From assembly GCA_000182565.2 (NCBI GenBank), contig KQ257463.1: 64,000 nucleotides of DNA; one strand, written 5' to 3'. A model generated the notes under the pieces. That model did not search any database, was not told where the DNA came from, and saw only the letters and a program-made list of their open reading frames with translations. This document shows, piece by piece, positions 1 to 14,777 of the stretch. The stretch comes from Spizellomyces punctatus DAOM BR117 (lineage: Eukaryota). Made by a program: the position numbers and the translations under genes. The stretch's first letter is position 1; each line of letters opens with the position of its first letter.

Positions 1-906
1 CGCTGGTTCTACTTCGTCGCCTGTCGTCGAGCTGACTTTTTGGGGTTGTTTCTGATACGGGGTGTTCAAGGCGAAGAGGTGCGGCTGGACTGAGAATGGT
101 GCGCGGTGATGGCATATCCTCGTCGACGATGTAGGCACTGGATATGTTCGAAAACTGACCCTTGGAACTCCGCTGACTTTGAGGGGTGTGCTTCGTGGCT
201 GTATCCAATGGACCTTCTAACATAGACGGACGCGGAAGGCGAGATATCGCATTCCGTGTTGCAGTCCCAGGAGTCTTCTCCTTTGTAAACCCCGTGGCCG
301 GAGATACGCGTCGAGGTGGTTGCTGGTATGGCTCTACGTCAGAAGCTGAATCGGCTGTGCGGAAAATAAACATGGTGAGGTCTAGCTGGATCATAAATCA
401 GGGTCAACCTTTTACAACCTTTTGCATACTTTGGTTTGCTGGGAGTTGACATCCTGCCCGACACTCCTGAGCAGACCAGATAACGTTACAATTGTCACCC
501 GCATATCCCATAGCCAGAATAACTCCGCGTTTACCTTCTCGTGGCCCTCTGGTAATCTCATCCGTTTCATCTTCATCTTCACGAAACCAATCGTCCACAC
601 TCATAAGCCCATTTGCATCTGTTTGCACGTTTTTCGGCGCGGTTACACCGGTTTTTCTACGGATGGATGTCGTGAACATCCTGCATGGCCATCTCTGCGT
701 ACTTTCGTATAAATACAATAGGGCGAACCCACCTGCCCTTGACTCCAACTTCATGATAATTGTTTGGTCGTGGATCCTTTTGCCATCTCGCCTAGATTAT
801 AGGTTAGCTCATACAGGACATGCACCAGTCTAAAAAACAATCAAACGCGAACCTTCCGGCCAGGTACATCTGCATCCGCTTCCGCTGGATGGTGCTCGGT
901 GAGCAT
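1..906 (-). CDS. MIF2: Inner kinetochore protein CENP-C/Mif2 homolog, 5' part only (runs off the window start)
   Basis: Spliced N-terminus MLTEHHPAEADADVPGRK|ARWQKDPRPNNYHEVGVKGR|KTGVTAPKNVQTDANGLMSVDDWF resembles the Mif2 N-terminal motif (VG..GRKTG...D..G...D.F). GT-AG introns restore the frame and a Ser/Pro/Arg-rich region follows. The CENP-C box and cupin domain are outside the window. Confidence 0.65.
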
Positions 907-1659
907 AATATTAGGTAGATCACAGTGCTACAGCTATAAAAATAGTTCGGTTGCAGAGAGGATTTCCGACCGATCTTCGTGTGTCCCAGAGGCGCTATTA
1001 GGAATAGGATTTCGCTTCTATGTGGATCAAGCCTAGCGTGTCCGTTTAAGTCTTTAGATCGGCGAATCGTCGTAAGAAGGGTCCTTCCCCTAGGCAAGGT
1101 CTGCACGGCTTCTGCAGATCAACACGCTTCCACAGTTGTATCGCTATTGTGCTCATATGCTACTTCCTTCTGGCCCTTGTAGATTCGACAAACGCATGGG
1201 GCCAGAGTGCAAGAGTAATGGCAAGCCGATGTGGAATCCGTGTTTTCCGACGCGCTGCCTCGTTTTGCCTGTCCGTGTCCGACAGGCGAAATGGATCGAA
1301 TGGGCCGGTTGAAACCGCTATCACGTGCCATGTTGAGTCAGCAATTCTCCGCCCTTCTCCCGCTTCACCCTACTTCAAAATAAAAATAGTAACTGGGATA
1401 TATGGGGAGCAACAATGCTGCAAAAAAGGGGGCTTCATTGGAAAAGTCGCAAGCGTTAAGCCGGGTCGATAAGGTTCTAGGCAATCACCCGTACATTGTG
1501 GCGACTCATCGGGTTCCACTTTGCCAGGAACGATGGGCAAAGCTGAGGATTGTATTGACATTGTACGGGAGACAGGAATGACGACTCACGCGTCTTCTTG
1601 CGCCTTTACTACGATTCTCTGAAGATAAATCAAGGAATAACCCAGTACAAGATTCGGGG

Positions 1660-4600
1660 TTGCACCGTCCCCTGACGTACGTCGATGCGGGGGGAGTTTC
1701 TCCAACGGGAACCATGCCAGCAACTGCCGAAGCACCTACATCTGTTCTCAACTTGGAGCGCCGAATGCATACGAACTACGAACACCGGTCACCCGACTCA
1801 GTTACAGGACGGTATGCCAGTCGTGCTACAGTCGACGACAACTGGCGCTTCCGACAAAAGAGCAGTGAACCTGTACCTAGCCCTCGAATTGGCGGAAGCG
1901 CAACCGGTCATGCAAAAGGTCGGCGCGCTTCCATAGCTGGAGCTTTCACAGCATCTCTCGCAGCATCAAATCGTCGTCGAACTAGCGGATTCTTTGATAA
2001 GTTTCTGCAGCAATTCAAACGCGCGACACCGTCCGACTCTCGCCGCGATAGTAAAAGCGATATTGTATCTAATCCAGACCAACGCATCGGGCCGGTCGAA
2101 GATGAAGGTAGTGACCACAAGCCCGCAGACCACAAACCCGCAAAAAAGGGCCGCAAGCTGCAGGGAATTAGCAGAGATGGTGCCACACTTCGAGTAAAGA
2201 GCTGGGTACGAACATTGCCGGAAGATGAAGATCGAGCGGCATCCCACACTGGAGCAGGTCTCGACGCGAGATTGTTGATTGACCAGGCCCAGGCAGAAGC
2301 CGTCATTCCTGCGGAGCAAGTACCAAGCAAGCTTAAGCAAACTGTGGCCTCTCCATCTGATGTTACACTCCAGGAAGGAGGAGAAGTTGCTCCTTCCTCT
2401 GAAGGAAGGATTCCTTCAACTCCTATAGTGACAACTGCAATCGCTGCGCCAGTGCTTGAAGCCTTAGGATTGAGGCCAAGCTTTTCATCAGACAGGGTTT
2501 CTGAATTAGATCAGGGAACCGTGTGCGTACGTAAGGAGGATCATCGAAGTCAGCTCAATGACCCACAGCGCCCCCATTTGGAGCGACGACAATCATCGTT
2601 TTCGTCGGCTGTTGTCTCCAGCTCACGTCCGTCGACTAGCTCCTTTGGCGGTGACAGTTCAAAAAGCTCCCTCATCCTGGATCCGATTCGTACCATACAT
2701 ACATTTATTCCTATCGCTATACAACCAGATTATCTATCAGAAGTGGCAGATTATGATGACAAGAAAAAGAAACGGAAACCGAAAGGAGGGAGTCTCCCAC
2801 CAGTTTCGAATAGTGGTATGCAAGCATCCTCGTCACTGTATAGTCTCTCAACCAATCCTGCCCATGTTTCCGAACCTGCCGTTTCCGTCGCCGCTCATCT
2901 CACCCCGTCCCCCTCTTCAAACTCCCTCAAAAGAATATCTAGAAGCCTGGCCTCTTTGGGGTCGTCCATTTTCAACAACAGGAGTAATGCTAGCTTGCCA
3001 ATGAAAGTGTCGGGGTCTACTTCTTCCCTGGGGCACTACAGTGATATTAAACTAGAGAACCGAAGTAACACGGAACCTTCTCAAAACCTTCGGACATCCA
3101 TGCCACGATCTGGCTCACGAGGAGGAGTGACATTTCGAAATTTTGGGGAGCAAACGACCTCGACTGGGACACTCGGCCGGCATCCTTCTCGATCAAACCC
3201 GCGTATTCGTTCTATGGAATCAAGCAATTGGTCAATGTCGTTCCGACAACGCTCGGGCCCCGACGATGCGGACGGAAAAGTAGAGCCACATCCTAGTCCA
3301 GCAACGTCAATATCACCCAATGCGGTACCGGAAAAAACGTCTGTTTCTTTGCCAACCCAATTGGCAACCCTCCCTCCGACTTCGACCACAAGTGTCCTTG
3401 CAAGTAAGCGATCCCGGTCAATGGACTTTAACTTGAATAAGGGTGAACGCCCGGCGTCCAGGAACCAGTACGATCGTAGACGTCCCTTAGGACATCAAGT
3501 CATTGAAACTTCAACGATATACTCGATGCATGAAACTAGTCATACCCTGGTCAGCCCTTTAGGCGAGCCTGAAGAAACTCAAGGAAAGGTGAATCAGTAC
3601 CACATTATTCGGGACATTGGGTCGGGCGCATATGGGCGAGTTGTGCTATGCCGAAACGAACAAGATCAGAGATACTATGCGTGCAAAATCATTTCGAAAA
3701 GCAGACTACGTAAGAAATTTCGATGGTCAAACACAGGCTTCAGCGCTGGCGCAAGTGGGGGGGACCCAGAAATGGATCACTTGGCCAGCGTCAAGCGGGA
3801 GGTAGCTATCCTCAAAAAGCTTTCGAAACATCCCAACATCAATGCGCTGGTAGAGGTTTTGGATGACGGAAAAGAGGACAATTTATATATGAGTACGTGA
3901 TTTTATGCATTTCCGTTTCATACACGGGCAACCAATTGACTGCGGATATCAGTCTTTGAACTTTGTGAATTCGGTCCGATAATGAAGCTTCAATTGAAGG
4001 ACAGCGTGAATCCATTCTGCGAAGACTTGGCTCGGAAATATTTTCGCGATGTGGTCCTGGGTTTAGAGTATCGTAAGTTGCTGTCTCGTATAGTCGTCGC
4101 GTTGAGGGTTGCCTTTAACCTCGTCATTGTGATTAGTGCATTCGAAAAGAATCATTCACCGAGATCTGAAACCTGAAAATCTACTGTTGAAGGCGGCCCC
4201 ACCTTTAGGTGTGGTGCAGATCGCAGATTTCGGCATTTCGAGCATGTTCGAAGATGGAGAGGAAGAACCTGTGCTTGATGACAAGAATGCATCACCGCTT
4301 TTCAGCCCTCCAGAAGCTTGTCAAAGTATTTGACTACTCATGCTGCTCCATGGGTTTATAATTTGCTAATGCAGCGACTTTTTTCAGGTCATACGAAGCA
4401 GCTAAAGGGTTTTGCTGTAGATATATGGGCATTGGGAGTTACTCTATATTGTCTAGTTCACGGGCGCGCGCCATGGCAAGAAGAGAGCATTCTTCAGCTC
4501 TATGACAAAATAATCAATGCTAGCGCAGAGATCTCGAGCACTCTCTCTCCGTCGCTCCAGGACCTTCTATATCGCATGCTGCGCAAGAATCCCGATGATC

Positions 4601-5462
4601 GAATCACTCTCGCAGATATTAGGGTCCATCCTTGGATTACGAAAGATGGCGAAGATCCAATGTTGCCGACTGAAGAAAACTGTGTATTTGAGGAAGTGAC
4701 ACCGGAGGAAGTGGAGAATGCATTCCAACCTGCGATGATGTTTGTGACCAAGGTAGATATAGCACGTCGGACAGTTCATGAAACAACCAGACTACATTGT
4801 TGACCACATCGAATGAACAGATCATGAATAAACTGAAAGGGAAGGGCGGGAAAAAGACTTGTAGAACAGTCTCGGCACCTCCAACACCAGCCGCGGAAGA
4901 CATTTCTTCATCATCTCCTCTATTGGGCAACATGGACGCGCAGAGATTGGGATCGGGAAGGGTACTGTACGACGAGCCCCAATTGAGTGCTCGGCTCAAC
5001 GGGAAGGCCAATGATACCTCAACTACACATGCTGGAACTGGTGGTGCTTTACCGAGCGTACTACTGAAGAATTTTGAGGGAAAGCCAAATCGGATGCGTA
5101 TCTCCGCATCTGTAGATGCCTTAAATCGAATGCCTGGAGCTATCCCAGGACTTGGACTGGCTACCAAGAGAAATCCAAATCTACAAGGGAGATCACGCTC
5201 TTTTGCAGAACAGGGATCATTAGACGGGTTGCCCGCTCCATTTATTCCCTCTCCCTTGCGTGTGTCGGCAACCCCGCGAACCAGTTCTACGGGCTCTTCA
5301 CCTCCGGGATCCACGATAATGTTGACACCTCCGGATCATCCTGAAGCGCCTTCATGGCCACAGCCTGCTAATCTAACCGGACGGTGCGATTCTCGCCGTC
5401 ATGCTAGGAGAGGATCTTCAATGAATATAATTGATGAGGTACCTGAGCATAGCGTGTGCTAG
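1660..5462 (+). CDS. CAMKK-family Ser/Thr kinase (Ssp1/Sak1-like) with long low-complexity N- and C-terminal extensions
   Basis: Kinase motifs over about 5 exons: [49 protein letters not shown]...[45 protein letters not shown]. Start uncertain (TTG 1660 or ATG 1714). Confidence 0.85.
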
Positions 5463-6187
5463 GTAACGGCCACAAGAGCCCGTATATAGATGTAGTTCTC
5501 TATAGATGTAGTATAGCTTCCGATACGCTGAGTTTAACTGCTTGAACAAGGTTTATATACCGAAAGGCACATGACGAGACATTCCTTACTGAAAGCTTGG
5601 CTTGAGCTGTACGGGCCGGCCAACCCAGAAATGCACCCTACGGTTGAACAATGCAAAGACATAGCGGGCAACAGAATCTATTAAGACGCTCTACAAGGTG
5701 TTCACTTTGACCCTTCCCTGGAAGGTTATTCTTATTGCTACAGACCCCGGCTGAAATCTAACAGATGTCTGCAGACCAAGTAGCGGGATAAAGAGCTGCA
5801 AATGCTGTCACTGCAGCGGCAAATTCTGGCACTCTGATGAGTTGCCTTGCCATCACACCCTGACGAGCTCTGTTCAAATGCTTGTCTTATTAGATTCTTT
5901 GAAGACGACCATGTCTTCTCAATGCGGTGCCGCCCTTTCATCCTTGCAATACCAACTATTCCACCCCGACCTGAACGTTTAGAAGTTCATCGGCGATGGA
6001 TGTGCGGATTGTTGCTTACGGATATGGCTGCATCCGGTTGACATTAGAACCGATAACGACTGTGCCACATCCGCGCACATCTCGAGGTCGGTCGGCGGTT
6101 AGCGCTACGTCGTTTGCCCATCTACAATGCTCACAAATGGGAAACTGAGAGTTTACTATATTCGGTAGGGGCTGGTACTCTTGCAGG

Positions 6188-9100
6188 ATGGGTAATACAG
6201 TCTCTAGCGCTACGCCGCGAAGTGCGAGTGCCGGAATTGATAGTTATGTCAGTGAATTATCGGACGTCAGATACGAGAAGAGGTATAAAGAAATGAGTGT
6301 TCTATACATGGGTCTTGCTGCTAACTTTAGTATATGTACGTTATCATCAAAGCTTGGGAAGTGGTCATTTTATGAAGACGATAAGATGCAAACACCGTGA
6401 AGGTCTCGTTGTTGTCAAGATTTTTATAAAACCTGATGCCGGCATCTCCTTGCGAAAGTACGTCCAAGAACTAAAAGGTACCGCGTGGAAAACTTTCTAG
6501 CGGGGTAAATGAGGAAAGCATATTAAAGATGTTCAAAAAATAGCGGAGCGTGATATTCTTCTCGACATCCCGAATGCTTTCCCCTATCAAAGGATCATCG
6601 AGACGGATCGAGCGGCGTATATGATTAGGCAGCACCTTTACAGCAACTTATATGACCGTATAAGGTATAGCACACACTACACCCTTTTGACGTAGAATCC
6701 CAAATGGTAAACGCTGGGGCCGTACAGTACTCGTCCATTCTTGGCTTCAATTGAGAAAAAGTGGATAGCGTACCAGATATTGACAGGATTGGCAGCGGCC
6801 CATGCTCAACATGTATGACCCAGGCGATTATTACTGTAACGAGTTGATTACACCCTAATAATGCCTGTGAGATAGATCTATCACGGCGACATCAAAACCG
6901 AAAACATTCTGGTTACCAGCTGGAATTGGGCATATTTGACCGACTTTAGCAGCTTCAAGCCAACTTTCCTTCCCGAGGTGAGATACGCTGAAAAATGGAT
7001 GATTGCGAGTATCATTTGATTAAAATCATGCAGGATAACCCAGCAGATTTCTCATTCTTCTTCGATACGTCCTCGCGCCGTGTGTGTTATCTTGCTCCGG
7101 AACGCTTCTATGCACCAGGAGAGACGTTGTTTAGCGACAAGGATGGGAGCTTGTGTGAATCCATGGATATCTTTTCGTTAGGGTATTATAGTCCTTTATC
7201 TCATGAGTTCTACGTCACGCGAGTAATTTTCTATTTGATTGATAGATGTACCATCGCAGAGCTCTTTTTAGAGGGAACCCCACTGTTCTCCCTTTCTCAG
7301 CTGCTACGTTACCGAAGTGGGGATTACGATCCCTCACCGGAACTGGAGAGGATTGATGACCTTCATATAAGAGTGAGCATCGCGGACTGGAGAATCATGT
7401 TCAACATGAGCATATGACTAACATTTCACTGAAAGAACATGATAAAACACATGATTCAGCTGGATCCAGCTAATAGGAAGACAGCCGAGACGTATCTTGC
7501 TGAGTGGTAATGATCATGATGGAGTACTAGTGATATTATTGGAATGAACACTTATACCGCTACTATGTTTATCAGGGCTGGGAAAGCTTTTCCTGAGTAC
7601 TTCTACACATTTCTTCACAACTATGTTGCCTCGTTGGGAGACGCAACAGTATCAGCTAATCCCCTGGCAGACAGAAAAATCGAACGCATTTACCACGACT
7701 TTGACAAAATTGCCGTCGCTTTGGAAATCATGAACGAATCCACTCAAGACGAAGTAAGCGAACTGCCAGAGCGGGAGAGTCCTTCTGGACGAGCTGTATT
7801 GTCCGGGCATGTGGGTCTGTATCAGCCTAAAACTTGGACACATAATACTTTTATCCTACTTGCGCTCTGTTCGATACTAACTAGATTTTTGATTTTTACG
7901 TGTGACTTCCTTGTGGCTAACAGTAAGTTCCTCGTTCCTGCTATATCTGTTCATGATCGTTGGCATTTACTGCTTTTCTCAGGGCTGTTTGTCTCTTGCC
8001 GTGAATATACCGAATTTCCCGATTACGTGCGGCGAAATTGCACGAGGCTCCGGCGCAGGTCAGTTTGCTCAGTCAATTCAAGACTTTGGTCCTTTATTCT
8101 CTAACTTTTATGCCCTGTGTTTGGTAGGTGATGGCTGTTTGATCTTCACCACAATAATCTGCTCTGCCTTGCGCAACGTAGGGCAACCGTCTTCCAAGCT
8201 TTTCGCCCTTGATTTGCTACTTGCACTAGCAGTGCATCTCTCCGACGAGCCGCGACTGGACCGTCTTGTACCTTACATTGTAGCCCTTCTCGATGACGAT
8301 TGTGGCTATGTGAGAGCAACTGCAGTGACAACGTTAACGCAACTGGTAGGCAGCAGTATGGCGACTACCCGTTCTTTAGTTTACTGATATCCCTGTTCTG
8401 GAATAGTTAAACATGATAGAGCGTATTACTCCTCCAGATGCGAATATTTTCCCAGAGTACATTCTTCCTAGCCTGCGAAGGTTTTCGAGTGATCCAGATG
8501 CATTTGTCCGGGCCAAATATGCCCAATGTGTCCCAGCTATAGGTAAGCACAAACTGCAGAAAATTGTACGTATATTATACTGAAACACAATGGCAGCGGA
8601 AACGGCGCTGCGCTTCCTTGAATTGTCCCAGCTGCTCCGGGATAACAGTCATTCCGAACTCGAAGCTGATGGCGACCCATACCAGCAGGTATGAGAGGCT
8701 AACCACATTGCGAGTTTTGCTGAGTTGAAAATTGACGCATTGTACCAAGATCACATATGATTCCGGTCTGCGAGATCTGCAAGAGATTATACAGGAGGAG
8801 GTTATCACTCTACTTATCGATCCCGATCCTCTCGTCAAAAGAACCTTACTATCGGAAATGGCCCGCTTATGCATCATTTTCGGGAGACAGAAGGCCAATG
8901 ATGTTCTCCTCTCACATATGATTACCTACTTAAACGACACCGATTGGCAGCTCCGCAGGTAGGCATATAAAACAAAATCTGGCAATTCCGACGCTAATTT
9001 TGTCTGGTCAGTGCTTTTTTTGAGAGCATCGTGGGTGTCGGTACCTTCGTTGGTGGGCGAAGTTTAGAGGAATATATCTTGCCTCTGATGGTGCAGGCGC

Positions 9101-12100
9101 TGACAGGTAAGAGGCGAGCAAAACTGTGGCAGCCTTGTGGTTGTGCTAATGGAACTGTTTTTTGAAGATGCTGAGGAATTTGTGATCGAGAAAGTCCTTA
9201 ACGCTTTAACATCGTTGGCAGAGCTAGGTCTCTTGCAGAAGACAAAGTTGAAAGAGTTAGCAGGCACCGTTGTCCCTCTAGTCTGCCATCCGAATACATG
9301 GATCCGCTTTGGTAAGTGAGAGACGTAGATGGTTTTGGGTATCCGAGCACTGACCGAAGTGTTCGCCCGCGTATTTAGGAGCTATTGCATTTATCTCGTG
9401 CGCCGCACGCCTTTTGCCGCAAATCGATGTCCGGTGTATCTTATATCCCATCATCAGTCCTTTTTTGAAGACTGACATCGCAGACATCACCGAAGTCAAT
9501 CTGTTGGAGAGTTTGAAAAATCCGGTAATGCCTCCTGAGAAGGCATCGTTTAATGCATCCCCACCGTGAATGTTAATCGCAACCTTCAGATTAGTAGGGT
9601 ACTCTATGATCAGACGCTGGCGTTTGCATCAAAAGCTGCTGCAGCCGGGGATCGAGAACGCGTCTTATCGGGTGGTAGCTATCGAGGAATGGAATACAAC
9701 AGGCCTCTACATGGTGTCGTCGATGTTGCCAGTCCGACGGAAAGAGGAAAAGTCAGCCAGGGTCCAGAAAGGTGAATTGATTCGATGATTCCACATCAAT
9801 ATCTTATGCGGAGGCTGAAATTGCACGACATAGCAATGAGCTTCTGCAGCGACTGAGGGAACTCGGAATGACTGACGAAGATAAGGAAAAGCTCTTTGCA
9901 ATGAAATATTACATTTCGAAAGCAACGCAGTCGCGTCTGAGGTGAGATGAATCTATGAGGATGATTGTTTACGCAGACCAAATCTAACATCATGGGAACA
10001 GAAAGTCTGCAGCGGATATGCAGTATCAATGGGCATATCCTGATGAATTGGAGGGAAAGGTACTTAATCGGCAGTAAAATGTATCACCTTCAGGTTCTAT
10101 TACTAAAGTTCTTAATTGTTTAGTCTGATCTGGTAGCCCTCAAAAACTTTGGAATCACCCCACACACATTGTTCCTTTCTCCAAACGAAGACTTCCGGCC
10201 CAGCTTCCTGGTAAGTCCCTACTGAGACGGAGCGCCGCCAAGTGGTACTGATGTCCACTTAATGAAGGTTTCTGACGCTGTTCTGCCGAATGCACCGTGG
10301 ATGTCACGCGCACCCTCCGACTCGAATGTTTCCCAAGTATTCGATCCCACTCGCAGCTTGTCTCCTGTATCTGCATCCGTAAAACAGCTCAGAAGTCCGA
10401 CGCATCGAAGAAATGCCTCCGACACGTCGCTTATGCAACACCTGAACGTTAGGGCACGTTCACCGGCGATGGGGGAGCCTTATGCAACTTCGCCCACCTC
10501 GTTAATGTCAGAACGCCTCAGCGAGACGGGGACTGACGCTACATCCACTACCGTCAGCTCTGCACCTATGCCCCGAAGCGCTTCAGCCAATGTTCTAGTG
10601 CCCTTATCCAGGACCAAGCACCCTTCTGTAGGTGGAGGAGGTCTCGATAGCTTGTTGGCAGTGCCGGGAAGAGCTTCACCAATGGTGTCTGCGCCGCATA
10701 ATCGCAAAAGGAGAGGTCATTCACGAACAGGAAGTGATGCTAGCAGCATAGTAACCTCAACAACCAACGACGATGCAGCCAGTGTATCGGACCGTGTGTC
10801 TCTTATGACGGCTGGCGATGGTCACCCTGGACTAAGCACTAGAAGTGGGATGATGGGGAATAGCTTTGGTATACTTTCATCCTTAAGTCAGTCTATATGC
10901 CGTCCGTCGCTCACCTTCGTCACCTCCGTTATCTGATGACATAGAGGGCAAAGACAAGTATATTCGACGGCTAGTGGCCAAGAAAGTACGAGAATACTTT
11001 CCTCCTCCTATTCCAGGTACCGCCCATTGTGCTCAAGGATGAAAAGCGTTGTCCATTCATTGTTTGCATTGTGATTAGAGCTAGGACCAAAGGTTTCTAT
11101 ACGAACTGCCGCTAATGCACCTGCCCAGCGGCCACGTCGTGCGAAAGGAAGTTCGACTCTCAGTCACGACTGGAGTGGCTGGCGCCCGGAAGGGATTTTG
11201 GTTGCTCACCTTGCTGAACACCGCGAACCTATAAATTGTTTGCGAATCTCGGCGGACAACACCTTTTTCGTCACTTGCTCCGACGATAAGACTGTCAAAG
11301 TTTGGGATACCGCGCGATTAGAGAAGAACGTAACAAATCGGGCGAGATTGACATACACGGGACATGGTAAGCCGACGCACAAGGCTCGCTAGCTCATTGT
11401 TGACCAGGATCTGTATATGCAGAGGGCAAGGTCAAGGCGCTGACTTTCTGTGAAAACACACATAGCGTTGCCTCCGCGTCAGAAGATGGGGCCATCCATG
11501 TTTGCAGGTAACTAATTACGAAAGGCAACTCACTTGTACATCAGGTGCTAACAGACATTCCGCAGGGTGGAATGTGTCAACAGGGGCGGCGCTTGGCGGT
11601 ATATCGGATACCACCCTGTTCGCACCATGCACCTTGAAAACGATTATGTGGAACTTCTAGAACACTATGATACCGGTAAGTTAAACGAGATTGGCCTTGA
11701 ATATGAAATTCGTACTAATCACTGAATATCTGCCTCTAGAAACACATTCCGTTCTCGTTTACGTTACGGCAAAGGGCAAGCTTTGTGGCATCGACCTGCG
11801 AACCATGACTGAAGTCTGGTCTTTCGACTGTCCTCCCCAACATGGCAAAGTTACAGCCATGGTGCTCGATAAACAGAAGATTTTCTTGATTACGGGAACC
11901 CACCGCGGAGTGTTTACGCTTTGGGACTTGCGATTCAAACTACAGGTGAAAGTTTGGGCGCACCCTTCTCGAAAACCGATCCATCGGATGGGAATATGGG
12001 GTGGCTCTGAAGGTCTGTTCATTACCGTAGCGGTTGACGGACCCACACAGGAAGTTTCAGTGTGGAATGTGGATTCTAGTGAATGCCAGCAGGTGTGGTG

Positions 12101-12868
12101 TGTGGTCGCGGCGGGTCCGCATGGAACCGACATAGAGGAGGAAATGAATAAAGTGTATGGTGCCGGCTTAAAGGTATGGCAACTTTTAGGCGTGTTGATT
12201 TTTGCTTTCGTGTTATCCAATGACTTACAGTCGCAACTTAGGCTGTGCATCCACCGGACCTTGATGATTTCATCGGAACCAAGCCTAGCACGACATCAGA
12301 TACCACACCGATATCCGCAAGTGCTAATACCAGCGTATTTACTTTCCTGACCTTCCCGGACGCACCTTACATGCTGACTGCTGGCACTGACCGGAAAGTG
12401 CGTCTATGGTCCTTTACCGATATTGAAGCGTCGTATGTCGTAACTGGGCTGGAGCCGGATGACGCTCCCCCGCGATACAGGTTCGTTGACGGACGATAAC
12501 TCGTTATGGATACTTGCCGTCCAAGATCTAAAATTCCTCTTGTCAATTTCAGCTCACACCAATTCGGAGATATTCAGTTTCACTTTGAATATACGCCAAC
12601 ACACCACTTTACGCCAACAACTTCCTCCGTTGTCTCTGGAAGCGCAAGCACGTCCGCCTCACGTTCTGTGTCGTCTCCGAGACTTTTACGGACCGCCAGT
12701 AGCTCTCAACAGGCACGCACCACAAATACGGGCTCTGGTGTTGGAATGGTAGCAAGCCCAACGTTAGTCCGCCATCGAGACGCAATTGTGGATGCGGCCA
12801 GAACGGTTCTACCGTTTCCCATGCTCATAACGGCGGGTAGGGATGGTGTGGTGAAGGTTTGGAAATAG
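6188..12868 (+). CDS. VPS15: Vps15/PIK3R4, regulatory subunit of class III PI3K (kinase-HEAT-WD40)
   Basis: MGNTVSS myristoylation start; [58 protein letters not shown] region [27 protein letters not shown]40 region ending [13 protein letters not shown]. More than 25 exons. Confidence 0.97.
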
Positions 12869-13113
12869 AATGTGTATATATACTGGCATGCACTGAAGCC
12901 ATGTGGAGCATGTATTTTGTAGCTAGCTATGTAGAGTCTACCTCTTAAAATGGTCTTGATAATCCTAAGCCTATCAACAGTGCAGTTGGGTAACATTGAT
13001 GCAATGTGGCAGCACTTGCGATCCAGCCGATACAGTCCGCAGCGCCTGCCTCACCACTCGCAAGATATTAATTGCGGCATCTGGCGGTAGCTGCGATCAA
13101 ACTCTCCGGCATT

Positions 13114-14648
13114 CTAGATATTGTCCCATCCATCATCCACTCTATCGTATCCCAACATTTTTTCTACATGTTCCGCTATTGCCAAGGAGGAGGTTAACCC
13201 TGGAGACTCTATACCGAGCAAGTTAATGAACCCAGGGTGTTCCTTCGATGATTCAATGACAAAGTCATGGAAAGGGTCACCAGGTCCCGAAAGTTTTGGT
13301 CTTGTTTACGCGGAACAGTACCAAGGATTAGAGCGCTAATAGATATCACAATAGCCATCACTCGTTACCTCACCTTATTCCCGCATAATCGACCCGTAAA
13401 TCCTCTTTCTTCACTCTTCTTAAATATTTACTAACCGCTTCGGCAAACTGCTGGCTCATGGCTTCATCCTCCTGTACACCAACATCCTCTTTTGAATTCA
13501 CGTAAAAAGCATTGGGACCGAATTTGACTCTGCCAGCAAGGTCAACAGTGGAATGTACACCCAGCCCCTGAAGGTTTTTCTCAGGAGTGGGATATATTAA
13601 ACGCTTTACTGGCGGACAGCGTCCGGCGAACGTGTAGTAAACGCCTTTGCATGGGTAAATGCGATATGGCGATGTTGGTGCGATCATGGCGGCTACAGCA
13701 TCTGCGTAAAGTCCAGCACTGTTGATGACGTTGCGTGCGTGGATGATCGTGGGGGGTGTGTCAGAGGTACGGATGCGATACCCCGAAGAAGTGGCGGATA
13801 TCGAAATGACAGAAGTATGATAGACAACATCAGCGCCACGAGACTGGATCTTGGCCTGGATGCAATGGAACTCAGATCAGAGCGGTGTGGGAAAAAGGAG
13901 ATCTTTGTAGCAGTTATATTGACCTCTAGGCATTCCATCAGAGCATGTGAATCTATTATTCCTGTAGTAGGACTGACTAGGACTTCCTTTGCAATGACGT
14001 TCGGCTCTTGGTGTGCTGCCTCCTTCATTGACAGAAAATGCATTGGAACACCGAGTTTCTCTGCGCGGTCTTTCATATTTTTCAGATACAAGAACTGATC
14101 TGGTTCGGATCCAATGACCCATTTCCCTATTCGTGCATGGCGAATAGAGTGTTGGGAGCAAAAAGAATAGAGCAAACGGTTTCCGCGGGTGCAAAGCCGG
14201 GTCTTCAGCGAGTCGACAGGATAGTAAATGCCAGCTACGAATCCAGAAAATTAGTCTCATATTATAAGAGCTCCAGGCTAAACGTACTTACCATGTATAA
14301 CCTCAGAGTTGCGGGAGGATGTTTCCATTCCAAATGACGCATGTCGTTCGAGCACAAGAGTTGTCGTTTTGGGCTGCCGGCTCAGTCTTTCGGCAATGGC
14401 CAAGCCTGTAATTTGAGATATCAGGACAAGGAGACAAAACGTAAGGGGGAAGCGAGGCCGATAAGTTGCCCACCTACCACTCCTGCCCCAATTATGACAT
14501 TGTCGAAGCAAAGTTCAGGTTCGCTGATGCCGGATGTGGTAGTTGAGAATGCTGATTTTCTGGAGACTGAAAATGCTTCAGCTATCGTCGCAATTGCAAG
14601 CGTTCGGTAGGGTAAAACCCTAGCAAATGTAGTAGGTGATGGCAGCAT
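13114..14648 (-). CDS. L2HGDH: L-2-hydroxyglutarate dehydrogenase-like FAD-dependent oxidoreductase, probably mitochondrial
   Basis: [40 protein letters not shown]...[43 protein letters not shown]; basic N-terminal presequence-like segment. Confidence 0.88.
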
Positions 14649-14777
14649 CTGTAATGTTTTCAGTCAAAAACAAACGGAACTGAGCAAAGTTGGTTGATCT
14701 GGAGGTGTGAGTCACACGAGCAGGATGGGTAAGCACCTCGCACTTGTTTCCGTTTTCGAGTCTTTCGAGATCGCCAA

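Noticed and set aside
5738-6044. Possible small spliced minus-strand gene (ATG at about 6044, GTAAGC donor, ORF to 5738) upstream of VPS15
   Set aside because: The product resembles nothing I recognise and could arise by chance; it needs transcript evidence.
7805-7985. Possible GC donor or extra alternative exon in a VPS15 intron with several branch-point-like motifs
   Set aside because: A canonical GTGGGT...CAG intron (about 7811-7982) already restores the frame; alternatives cannot be supported without reads.
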